Shown: positions 13,563 through 24,326 of the stretch, piece after piece | How the letters are laid out: each line of letters begins with the position of its first letter | Numbering within the stretch: position 1 is the first letter of the stretch | Translations under genes and position numbers: made by a program | Notes under the pieces: model-generated | Seen by the model: the letters and a program-made list of their open reading frames with translations, nothing else | Database searches by the model: none | Told to the model about the DNA's origin: nothing | Assembly (NCBI GenBank): GCA_002269645.1 | Contig: NIVC01000758.1 | Coordinates: 62,001 to 126,000, forward strand | From: Macrostomum lignano | Taxonomy: Eukaryota | Length of the DNA: 64,000 bases | Reading direction: 5' to 3'

Positions 13563-13566
13563 TCAC

Positions 13567-13703
13567 CGTCCTGCTGGCCACCCGCAGCCCGTCAAAGCCG
13601 ACCAGCCGCAGGCGGTAGCGGCTTCGCCGGCTGCAGTTCAGCCGCCTAGCAACGGTCAGGCGGCCTCCCAGCTGGGGCAGGTAGAAATCTTCGCTGCCGG
13701 CGC
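13567..13703 (-). CDS. FAT: Fat-like cadherin exon 6
   Basis: Phase-1 acceptor; GGRLTVARRLNCSRRSRYRLRLVGFDG; phase-0 donor GTGAGG at 13566. Confidence 0.88.
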
Positions 13704-13863
13704 CTGAAAGTGAGGATTTTTTAATCGGCTCTAAAGCACCTGATCCCTTCTGCTCCCCATGATCCTCATCTAACCAGCTTCTCATCTCCATCGAATCAGC
13801 TTCTGTTCCCTGATCCCCATCCCAGATCTTTAGTCCAGCTTCCCCCCAAGAGCCCCATCCTAC

Positions 13864-14364
13864 CAGTCAGTCTGAGCAGCACAGCGACGGTCGGCCAGCC
13901 GGCGGCGGGCACCGCGATGGCCCCGGGCACGGCGGACCCCGGCGGCGCGTCCTCAGGCAGCGGGAACACCGCGCCCTCCGGCACGCCAAGGTCGATCATT
14001 TCGTGGCCGTCAGGCTTCGACGGCGTCTGCTGAAGGCTGTCGTCGGCCCGGAGCAGGGTGACCTGAACGTTGGCGCTGGCCGAGTACTCCGGACGGCCGG
14101 GATCCACCGCGATGGCCAGTGCTCTGATGATGGCCGTCCGCTGCCAGCGCGCCGAGGTCCGCGGCCGCAGCCACAGCTGGCCGGTGCCCCGGTCCAAGCC
14201 GAGACTGGCAGTTGCCGAATCCTCGCCGCCGTCGACCAGCGAGAAGGCGATGGCGGAGTTGTCCGGGTCCGAGTCGGGATCGGCTGCGGCCAGGCGGCCA
14301 AGGGGAATCGCTGGTGGAGGCGCAGATGACTGTCGGACACTGGAGCTGGCCGGCGCTGTGAGGT
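13864..14364 (-). CDS. FAT: Fat-like cadherin exon 5
   Basis: CAG acceptor 14367-14365; AADPDSDPDNSAIAFSL, LDRGTGQLWL, LPEDAPPGS; donor g|GTAGG at 13863. Confidence 0.85.
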
Positions 14365-14784
14365 CTGGCCGAGGGACGGTAGAACTACATGTACAGATAT
14401 AGTAAAGGCACCCAGCAACAGCTAGCCCGAAACTTCATCAACCGGTTGGTGATCAAGATTGTTACGCTCAAAACACTCAGCATCCTTGATCTTTAAAGCT
14501 ACGACGTAAAATATCCTGTTTTACAGCGTATAGGATAGGAGTAGGGGCACTTGGTATTCTGAAATTACTCGGAATAGGCTTAGCAATCAAATGGGGTTTT
14601 TAAATCACAGAGACGGTCATGCATGAGCCCCTCTTTCGATACGACATAAACAACTAACAAGGATTTAAATTCCAGAGATAGATACACAGCACATAATATT
14701 TCTGAAGTTTGAACTGAACGGATTGAGAGTGTACTTTAATTGATCGCAATGTAACAATGCTGGCAGCTAAACAAATTAAACACG

Positions 14785-15362
14785 TCTATCTGATATTTAG
14801 AAGAGGTTAAGTCTTTTAATTTTGTCGATCTTCTCGTTTTACCAGAGGCTAGCTTAGAAGAACAGAGGAATGGGGTGGGGGTGGGGTGGGGGTAAGAGGG
14901 ACGCCCGCAATGTACATACAAGTAAATTAACGCTAGCTATCGATTGGGTTGGGGCTGTGTTTGGGGTTGGGTCGGGCAGAAAAGCCCCGCCCAAAAGATA
15001 AGGAATGTACACTTGATATATAGCCTACGTGTACTTTCAGGCTATTAATATACTACAAATGTCAGGCAGGATTAGTAAATTCCTGCCTATTAGCTAATAG
15101 TCTATCTGATATTTAGAAGGGGTTAAAGTCTCTTAATTTTGTCGATCTGCTGCTCGTTCTACCAGCCTAGAAGAACAGAGGAATGGGGTGGGATGGGGGT
15201 AAGAGGGACGCCCGCAATGTACATACAATTAAATTTGCTAGTTATCGATTGGGTTGGGCTGGTGTTTGGGACAGTAAAGCCCCGCCCAAAGATAAGGAAT
15301 GTACGCTTGATAGCCTACATGTACATTCAGGCTATTAATATACTGTGTCAGGCGGGCTTAGC
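14785..15362. repeat. Diverged tandem duplication, period ~316 bp
   Basis: 14785-15075 aligns by eye to 15101-15362. Confidence 0.85.
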
Positions 15363-15940
15363 TGAATATTGAGTCACAGCAGCAATTCAAAAACGATAAA
15401 AAAATCTAGTGACATTTTCTTAATGCTGCATAAAATTATAAAATGTACCTTAACAGACTCTTAAGTCTAAAGTCCATTATTGCACAATACTGCCTTTGTT
15501 GACGATTTGAATTAAACTCACCCGGACGCCCTCGGATGAACTAACTACCCAAGCAAGTCCAACCAAAGCCCGACTTGACAATGAGAATCCGTCACGGAAG
15601 GCCGGCTAGAGGAGCAGAAGAGCCGGGCAGGGCATCGGCTTTCCTGCCGGCTGCTCAGTGCTCACCCGGGACGGATTGGACTCAGTGAAAATGGAGACCA
15701 GCGCTGGGGCTGAGGCGCCCTGCCGGAACACAATTAATTATCCGCGCCCGCTTCGAGCGGTTCATTAGACAAAAAAATCGACCCTCCTCACAATCCGGGT
15801 TGGATTTTAAAGTTCAGGTAGGTCAGTCACGCCTTGCCGCGGCGCGGGGGCGGAGTTCCCAGTTTTCAGCATGAATTTTTTGTGCGTTTTTTAAGCTCAG
15901 CAACCGAATCCCCGCCTGTCAGATCCCATCAGCTGCTCAC

Positions 15941-16165
15941 ATCCGTCGGGAAGGTTCTCCCAATCGTCCGGCGCCCCGTCGAACGCGGCGAAGCTGAACT
16001 GGCGCTCCAGGAAACTGGGTGGCGAGTCGTTGATGTCGAGCACCTGGATCTCGATGAGTACGGGACTGGTCAGGGCCGGGCTGCCCTGGTCTGTCAGGGA
16101 CACCACCAGCTCGAATCGGTCAGATGCTTCTCGGTCGATGGTCACATTGGTTGTGGTCAGGCGTC
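15941..16165 (-). CDS. FAT: Fat-like cadherin exon 4
   Basis: Join gives MDPLTGRLTTTNVTIDRE; VLDINDSPPSF; donor t|GTGAG at 15940. Confidence 0.9.
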
Positions 16166-16256
16166 CTGCAGGGTGTTGGTTTGAGGTTCGCTATAGACTG
16201 CTGAGAACTTGGTTAAGAATTGGGGTGAAGTAGGATTGGGAATAGGGGACTGCCAC

Positions 16257-16558
16257 CTCATGTACAGGAACACAGCTACCTCGTGTACAGGAACACAGCC
16301 AACTCGTGTACAGGAACACAGCCACCGCATGTACAGGAACACAGCCACCGCATGTACAGGAACACAGCCACCGCATGTACAGGAACACAGCCACCGCATG
16401 TACAGGAACACAGCCACCCGATGTACAGGAACACAGCCACCGCATGTACAGGAACACAGCCACCGCATGTACAGGAACACAGCCACCGCATGTACAGGAA
16501 CACAGCCACCCGATGTACAGGAACACAGCCACCCGATGTACAGGAACACAGCCACCCA
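16257..16558. repeat. 23-bp minisatellite GCCACCGCATGTACAGGAACACA
   Basis: About 13 units. Confidence 0.93.
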
Positions 16559-17267
16559 TAATAGCCATACTAATAGACAGGTCGGAACTCATAGCGTATC
16601 ACGCAGCTGAAGTCAGCTCACTCAGTGGCCAATAAAGTGCAAGATGAGTCCCGCTCTCAGCAACGAGGCTGTAAAATAGCGTTAGGGTTGGAAACAGAAT
16701 TTACTCCAAAAAATTTCGCCTCCAGTAGTTGCCATCGCGGAAAAATGTGGACCCCCTTGGACCTTCTTGACAGGCAATCTGCCATAAATTTGAGCAGCTC
16801 TGGCCCCGGGAATTTGCGCGGTGTCCGCGGATTCTCCCCATATGGGATACCCGCCTCTCGGCATCACTATCCCAGCTTCCTCGCCTCTCTGAGCTTTGGC
16901 AGGTTTCTGTGCTCCCCCTCCCTCCCCTACCCGCCTTGCACAAGCCGGAACGCTGGCGAAAGTCAAAGGGGATAAAAAATGCTTCGTTAGCCTCGCCTTG
17001 TCTCTTTTTATCCCATCCACTCCCCGCTACACAGCGCGTGAAAGATGCTGGCCGCCTTGCGTGCTCCCCACCCCATCCCCCTCCCAGCAGACCCCTGTCA
17101 GGCGTACTGCGTTCCCCTCCAGAGGATAACGCTGGTTCATCCCCTCCACCGGTCAGCTCGGCCGGATCAGCTCGACCGGATTTCAAGTGGGTTTTGAGGG
17201 GAAATCATTGAAGTGAGTAAAGTAGGACATTGGGGGAGAACAACTGTTGGGCGCCAGTTTGCGCTCA

Positions 17268-17853
17268 GTGTGGGGTCAGGGTGTGGGGTCACGGTGTTGG
17301 GTCAGGGTGTTGGGTCAGGGTGTGGGGTCAGGGTGTGGGGTCAGGGTGTGAGGTCAGGGTGTGGGGTCAGGGTGTGGGGTCAGGGTGTGGGGTCAGGGTG
17401 TGAGGTCAGGGTGTGGGGTCAGGGTGTGGTGTCATGGTGTGGGGTCAGGGTGTGGGGTCAGGGTGAAGGGTCAGGGTGAAGGGTCAGGGTGTAGGGTCAG
17501 GGTGTGGGGTCAGGGTGTGGGGTCAGGGTGTGGGGTCAGGGTGTGGGTTCAGGGTGTAGGGTCAGGGTGTGGGGTCAGGGTGTGGGGTCAGGGTGTGGGG
17601 TCAGGGTGAAGGGTCAGGTTGTGGGGTCAGGGTGTGGGGTCAGGGTGTGGTGTCATGGTGTGGGGTAAGGGTGTGGGGTCAGGGTGTGGGGTCAGGGTGT
17701 GGGGTCAGGGTGTGGGGTCAGGGTGTGGGGTCAGGGTGTGGTGTCATGGTGTGGGGTCAGGGTGTGGGGTCAGGGTGAAGGGTCAGGGTGTAGGGTCAGG
17801 ATGTCGGGTCAGGGTGTGGGGTCAGGGTGTGGGGTCAGGGTGTGGGGTCAGGG
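17268..17853. repeat. 13-bp G-rich minisatellite GGGGTCAGGGTGT
   Basis: About 45 units starting ~25 nt inside the donor at 17878. Confidence 0.95.
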
Positions 17854-17878
17854 TTAGCTCAGAGCCGGCCGCACTCAC

Positions 17879-18196
17879 CAGTCAGCGGGTCCATGGCAAA
17901 GTGGCCGTCCTCATTTCCGACCGCAATTTCGAATCTCACTCGACCATTGGCCGGATCCGAGTCGCAGTCCTCGGCCGGAATGGCGGTTAGGAGTTCGATT
18001 CCTGGCAGGGCGCCCTCCGCTAGCAGCAGGCGGTAGTGGGCGCGGTCGCTGGCCACGGGTCGGCAGTCGTTAACGTCCAAGATGGTCACGTGAATCTCGC
18101 AAGTGGCTGCCGGTGCCGCCGCAGAGGCCGCCACGGTTAGCCAGAGTCCCCTCGGGTGGCGTTCCCGGTCTAGGGGTGCCAGGGTTCGAATCTCGC
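17879..18196 (-). CDS. FAT: Fat-like cadherin exon 3
   Basis: Phase-1 join gives FAIDSGGEIRTLAPLDRE; ILDVNDCRP; donor g|GTGAGT at 17878. Confidence 0.92.
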
Positions 18197-18254
18197 CTGC
18201 GGGCGGCACAGTTTGAGACACCAACTTCTTGTATTTTGGATGCAGTTGGCAAAC

Positions 18255-19148
18255 CACCCCAGCCCTCCCTGTCAGCCACCCCAGCCCTCCCAGTCAGCCA
18301 CCCCAATCCCTTCCAGTCAGCCACACCAACCTTCCCAGTCAGCAACACCAATCCCTCCCAGTCAGCCAACCCCAACCCTTCCCAGTCAGCCACCCAACCC
18401 CTCCCAGTCAGCCAACCCCAACCCTTCCCAGTCAGCTACCCCAACCCCTCCCAGTCAGCCACCCCAATCCCTTCCCAGTCAGCCAAACCAACCCCTTCCA
18501 GTCAGCCACCCCAGCCCTCCCAGTCAGCCACCCCAGCCCTCCCAGTCAGCCACCCCAGCCCTCCCAGTCAGCCACCCCAGCCCTCCCAGTCAGCCACCCC
18601 AGCACCTCCTAGTCAGCCACCCCAGCACCTCCCAGTCAGCCACCCCAGCACCTCCCAGTCAGCCAACCTAACCCTTTCCATTCAGCCACCCCAACCCTTT
18701 CCATTCAGCCAACCCAACCCTTTCCATTCAGCCACCCCAACCCTTCCCAGTCAGCCACCCCAACCCTTTCCATTCAGCCACCCCAACCCTTCCCAGTCAG
18801 CCACCCCAACCCTTTCCATTCAGCCACCCCAACCCTTTCCATTCAGCCACCCCAACCCTTCCCAGTCAGCCAACCCAACCCTTTCCATTCAGCCACCCCA
18901 ACCCTTCCCAGTCAGCCAACCCAACCCTTTCCATTCAGCCACCCCAACCCTTCCCAGTCAGCCATCCCAACCCTTCCCATTCAGCCACCCCAACCCTTCC
19001 CTGTCAGCCACCCCAACCCCTCCCAGTCAGCCACCCCAACCCCCCCCCCAGTCAGCCACCCCAACCCTTCTCAGTCAGCCACTCCAGCCCTTCCCAGTCA
19101 GCCACCCCAGCCCCTCCCAGTCAGCCACCCAGCCCCTCCCAGTCAGGC
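18255..19148. repeat. ~15-16-bp C-rich minisatellite (CCCAGTCAGCCACCCC)
   Basis: Seen directly. Confidence 0.93.
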
Positions 19149-20143
19149 TAAATCCAGTCGGTGCAGACACCTGAGAGCCAGTCAGTCTAAGCCATCTGAT
19201 CAGTTTACACCTTGATTTTGTTCCTGACAATTCCCTGAACTCGCAGTTACCCATGTGATCGAAGCAGTCTTTTAAAAACAATTGGGGATCGCAGCAGCCG
19301 CAGAGGGAATATCGACCCGCTGGGAGGGGGGTTTAGACACCCCCTGCGAATGCCGAGCCAAATGAGACAGGGGATTAGAGTAAAGCCGGCTGGGACAGAG
19401 AAGATTATTGGCAGTCTAAAGTGGCTATCTTGATCTCAGGCCGCCAAGCAAGACTGCAGCTTAAGTATCGCTGCTAAGACAGCCCCGCAAGGAGGAAAGA
19501 AGAAGTTTGGAAAGCCAGAGACGACAACAGCAAGGCAAGCCTGCAGTGTCTTCTCCCTATTCTCCTGCAGAGTAAAAGTCCAGCTGTGCTGGGGGCTCAG
19601 CCAGCACCTCGCATGCGATTGCAATAAAAAAGCTGGCACCGCAGCGGCTCCAGCTGCTGGGTTTTTGCCGCGGCCGGCCGGCTGCGTGACTCGCAGCGGA
19701 TGGCGTCCCCAGGTTTTTTTGCCGCCAGCCTGTCAGCCCGCCAGCCTCTCCGTGTGGAGGCAAACAGCCAGAATGAAAAACCTGCCAGGTCGGCAAGCCT
19801 ACAGAGAGTCCCCTAGCGGAGAATTCCCATGACTCAAACCCGCTGGCTCCAGTTGGGACGCGGAGGCGTTGAAATTCGATTCAATGAAGTGTCACTTAAA
19901 CCGGGGGATTTAAAAACTCCAGAGGGCTTTGGCGACAACAAGCAAGAGCTGCTCGCTCTGCTTTGATTTTGGATTCTTGGAAAAACAACAGCTCACTGTG
20001 AACTCTGGTGAGATTCTATTGTGAGACTGAAAGTCTGGATTTACAGTATCTGCCGATTCTCAAGCTCAACCTCACTCACAATGAGTTCTGAACCCCATGG
20101 GATCTGGAGGGGAAATCCAAGTAGCTCAAACGCCGAGGCTCAC

Positions 20144-21261
20144 CGCCACTGTCTATGGCAAAGAGCCGGCTCCCTCCGAGAATCTTGTAGTCAGCGACGG
20201 CGTCGGGATCAGTCACGTCGTCGGCCGCGGCCACCACCTGTCCCACCGACTGTCCGGCCGGGAGCCCCTCGGCCACCTCGAAGTCGTAGGCAGGGCGCGC
20301 GAACTGCAGCAGCAGCGACGCCTCGGCCGAGAGAGGGGCCGGCCGCCCGGCTGTCACCAGGACGAGCAGGTAGAGAACGGACTCGCGCGGCGCCGGCCTG
20401 CCGTGGTCGAAGGCCACTGCAAACAGCCGGTAGGGCGCGGCCGCCGCAGTCAGGCGGCGACGAAGCCGAAGGCAGCCGGTGCGCCGGCTGATGGCGAAGG
20501 TCTCCAGGGCGAAGGGCAGGCCGCGCAGCCGGTAGGACACCCGGCCGTTGTCCCCGGAGTCGCCGTCAGTGGCGATCAGGGTGGTCAGCACCGAGCCGGC
20601 GGGCAGCAGCTCTGGGATGCTCAGCGTCAGCTGGCCCGGCTGGTCGCGGTTGGTGGTGCGGAACAGCGGGCGCTGGTCATTGACGTCGGCGAGTTCAACG
20701 CGAAGGTTTAGCCGGGCGTCGAGCGGCGGCTGGCCGCCGTCCTCGGCGAGCAGCGTTAGCTCCAAAGCTGCGACACCACCGGCGGCAGCCCGCAGTCCTC
20801 CAGCGCCGACTTGCAGCCGTCCAGTTGTCGAGTTCAACTCAAAGGCGGCGGCGACGGCGGCATCCACGGGGTCGGCGAACCGATAGCTGACCGTGCCGTT
20901 GGCGCCGGCGTCCGGGTCAGCGGCTTTCAAAGCGTAGACTTCGGCGCCGGGCGGGGCGTCCTCTGCTAGGGTGACGAGCGCTGCTGCGTGGGCCTCTGCG
21001 AAGACCGGCGGGTTGTCGTTGACGTCAGCCAGGCGGACGAGGGCGCGCAGCGGAGGGCCGGAGCACAGCGGCGGCCGTCCGCGGTCGCAGACGCTGAGCA
21101 GCAGCCGGTGCTCGGCCCGGCGCTCGCGGTCGAGTAGAGCGGACGTTGTTAGCGCGAAGTACCGACGGCGGCGCGAGCCGAGCTCCACGACGGTGGCGGC
21201 AAAGGAGCTCCCAGACTGGGAGTCGGGCTCCTCAACGACCGCGCGGAGAAGGCCGTTGTAC
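20144..21261 (-). CDS. FAT: Fat-like cadherin exon 2
   Basis: CAG acceptor 21264-21262; LLDRE, DVNDNPPVF, DPDAGANG, DVNDQRPLF, DGDSGDNG motifs; donor g|GTGAG at 20143. Confidence 0.92.
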
Positions 21262-21461
21262 CTGGGGAGTCAAATTTGATGGTGGTGGGGGGGGGGGAAA
21301 TATCAAATTAGCGATACTTTTCATTCATTTCATTTCCATCTATGTTAGGAGATTCGTAATTTTAAAAACATCTACTATATCAACTCATTTTTTCTAAGAA
21401 AGATAAGAAACTAGATGAAGCTTATATTGAAAGATGATGAAGAGTTCCTATCTTGCAAGTG

Positions 21462-22115
21462 TAGTCTCCAGACACAAACAGCTGCCAGCACAGACAGATA
21501 CACCAGTCTCCAGACACGGACAGCTGCCAGCACAGACAGACACACCAGTCTCCAGACACAAACAGCTGCCAGCACAGACAGATACACCAGTCTCCAGACA
21601 CGGACAGCTGCCAGCACAGACAGACACACCAGTCTCCAGACACAAACAGCTGCCAGCACAGACAGACAGACACACCAGTCTCCAGACACGAACAGCTGCC
21701 AACAAAGACAGACACACCAGTCTCCAGACACGGACAGCTGCCAGCACAGACAGACAGACACACCAGTCTCCAGACGCAAACAGCTGCCAGCACTGACAGA
21801 CACACCAGTCTCCAGACACGGACAGCTGCCAGCAAAGACAGACACACCAGTCTCCAGACACAAACAGCTGCCAGCACAGACAGACAGACACACTAGTCTC
21901 CAGACACGGACAGCTGCCATCACAGACAGACATACACACCAGTCTCCAGACATGGACAGCTGCCAGCACAGACAGACACACCAGTCTCCAGACGCAAACA
22001 GCTGCCAGCACTGACAGACACACCAGTCTCCAGACACGGACAGCTGCCAGCACAGACAGACACACCAGTCTCCAGACGCAAACAGCTGCCAGCACTGACA
22101 GACACACCAGTCTCC
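21462..22115 (-). repeat. ~40-bp minisatellite containing the exon 1 donor
   Basis: Minus-strand unit includes GGAGACTG|GTGTGT. Confidence 0.93.
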
Positions 22116-24326
22116 AGGGTCCGGGTCTTCAGCCGCTAATGTCGCCACGTGAGTCCCAACCGGGGCGTCCTCCGGCACTGTCAGCAGAGTCGCGTCTGCT
22201 TCATCTGTCAGCCACGTCAGCCTCGGCGATCGGTTGGCGGTGAGGAAGCCGTCGGGGAAGAGCTCGGCCTGCTGGGCCGCCTGCAGCTCCGCCAGGGCTC
22301 GGCGGTGGCTGCTCCGGGCCCGCCGGTTCGCATCCGCCACGGCTGACGGCGACGTCTCTCGGCTGGTGCTAGGCTGGCAGCTCCGCTGAAGGTGAACGCC
22401 GTCGCCGCTGTGGCCGCCGTCAGCACCGACGATGTGGAAGGTGATAGGCAGCGGCGGCGACTCCAGGCCGCCTTCGTCCCGCGCCACCAGCGAGAGCGTC
22501 AGCGTCAGCGGCTCCAGCAGCTGGCCAGGCGCCCGGCCGAAGGCAGCCGGGAATTGGCTCTCCAGCCGGCAGGCGAGCCGCAGCTCCCCGGAGCCGAGGG
22601 GCGACGCCAAGGCAAAGCAGCCGCGCGTCGCGTCGTCGCGAACCCGATAGGCCAGCGGGCCGGGCGGCGCGTCCAGGTCCACGGCGTCCAGCCGGCCGGT
22701 GCTGAAGCCGCCGCCGCCGACCACAACGCGGAAGGCGCAGGCGGAGAAATCAAAGCGCGGCGCGAACTCGTTGACGGGCGCCACTGAGACGGAGTACAAC
22801 GCCAGCGACTCGCGCGGGAACGGCCGGCCGTCGTCGATTGCGCGGATTCGCAGGGTGAACTCCGAAGCCTGAGTTTCGCTGTCCAGCGGTTGTCTGAGCA
22901 GCAGTCTGCGGCCCTCCAGGATGAACGGCTGAACTTGATTTTCGTCGGTTTCCATGACAACAGCCACCGAGTCGCCGTCCGGATCTACGGCATCCACATC
23001 GAGGACGACGGCGCCAACCTGCGCAGCCTCGGTGAGGACAACTGTGGTGCGGTTGTTGCGCACAACCGGCTCGAACTCGTTCAGCGGTGCGTCAGCCGCG
23101 AGGTCCTCAAAATGCGCAGCCCCCTCGACCAGCGGCGGCGCGGCAGAAGGCGCGGCTTCGTCTGGCGGCCGCAGTCTCGGGTTTGTCGGGTCCAGCAGGA
23201 AGCTGACCTCGCGCCTGGCCGCGAGGCGCCGATTCCAGGTTGAGTTGCCCGTGAGAATGACGGCCCGGACCGTCAGCGGCCCGTCTGACGGCCTCAGGTC
23301 GCGCGCCAGCATCACATCAATAGCACCGTCGCCGGCCGCAACTGGCGCCGCGTCGAACACGGCGGAGGCCGGCCAGAGCAGCTGCACATCGGCGATGGCG
23401 ACCGGACGGCGAGGCAGCAGGCGGGCGCAGACGGCGCCAGCACGACCCCAGCTGTCGATGTGGCTTAAGCTGACCACGTCAAAGTTGGGGGCGTCAGCGC
23501 CGGCCGTCGCAACGGCGACATGCACGGTTACGGCGGCGGACTGGAAGCTCAGAGAGGCGCGCGGGGAGCAGGGCTCGCGGCTGAGCCGGCGCAGGAGCAC
23601 CCGGAGACGCCAGCGGCCGGGCTGGGGCCGGCCGGTCAGCAGCAGCGCCCCGGAGTGCGGCTCCAGGCCCAGCCAGTGCGGCAACGGCCGCTGCTGCGGG
23701 TCGCCCGAGAGCTCCAAGGCAAAGGCGCCGGCGGTGCTGTTGGCGTCAATCTCGTCGCCGGCTGCCTCTGGACGGTGCCCGATGTCAACCGGCACGACGC
23801 CGACAAGAATCGGCCGGCCGTCCGAGTCGGCATCGGCGTCGGCCGGGACGGTGAAGGCAAAGGTGTCGGCGAGGAGACGCGGGCATGGCGGTGGCCGGGG
23901 CGCCTGGGACAGCGACACCCAGATGGTGCACACGGCGTTGCCCTGCAGCCCTGCGGCCCGGGCCACCACTGGCAGCTTCAGCTCGCCGCCGATGCCGCCG
24001 CTGAAGGCGGCTCGATGCCGAACTCTCGCGAAAACCAAACCGCCGGCCACAATGGAGTCGACTTCAAACTGCTTGGCGAGGCCGGTGTCGGGAATGGTGA
24101 AGGCGACTCTGTTGGCCGGTGCACCGGCCGCCAGCCGCACTGGGCCATCGAGCAGCAGCAGCGGCCTCGGCGGCTTCGAGGCGTGGAGCTCTTCGTCGGC
24201 GCTGACGAAGGCGACGGCCGAGTAGGCGGGGCTGGTGAATTGAAGCTCGGCCTGTTTCGAGTTTGAGCAGCGGAGCAACGCGAGTACCAGCAGCAGCAGC
24301 AGCAGAGGTGCTTCAGCATGTTGCAT
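22108..24326 (-). CDS. FAT: Fat-like cadherin, coding exon 1 (signal peptide + first cadherin repeats)
   Basis: MQHAEAPLLLLLLVLALL signal peptide; cadherin motifs (VLDVDAVDPDG, PVNEFAPRF, AEDPDPG). Donor tg|GTGTGT at 22107 joins in phase to g-tac of the next exon, giving DPDPGDWYNG. An upstream CAG acceptor near 24336 suggests a 5'UTR exon. Fat-type assignment is from motif recall and size. Confidence 0.85.

Noticed and set aside
18113-19174. 353-aa Pro/Ser/Gln-rich ORF (also 4244-5029, 26987-27661, 41353-42114)
   Set aside because: Minisatellite translations, not genes
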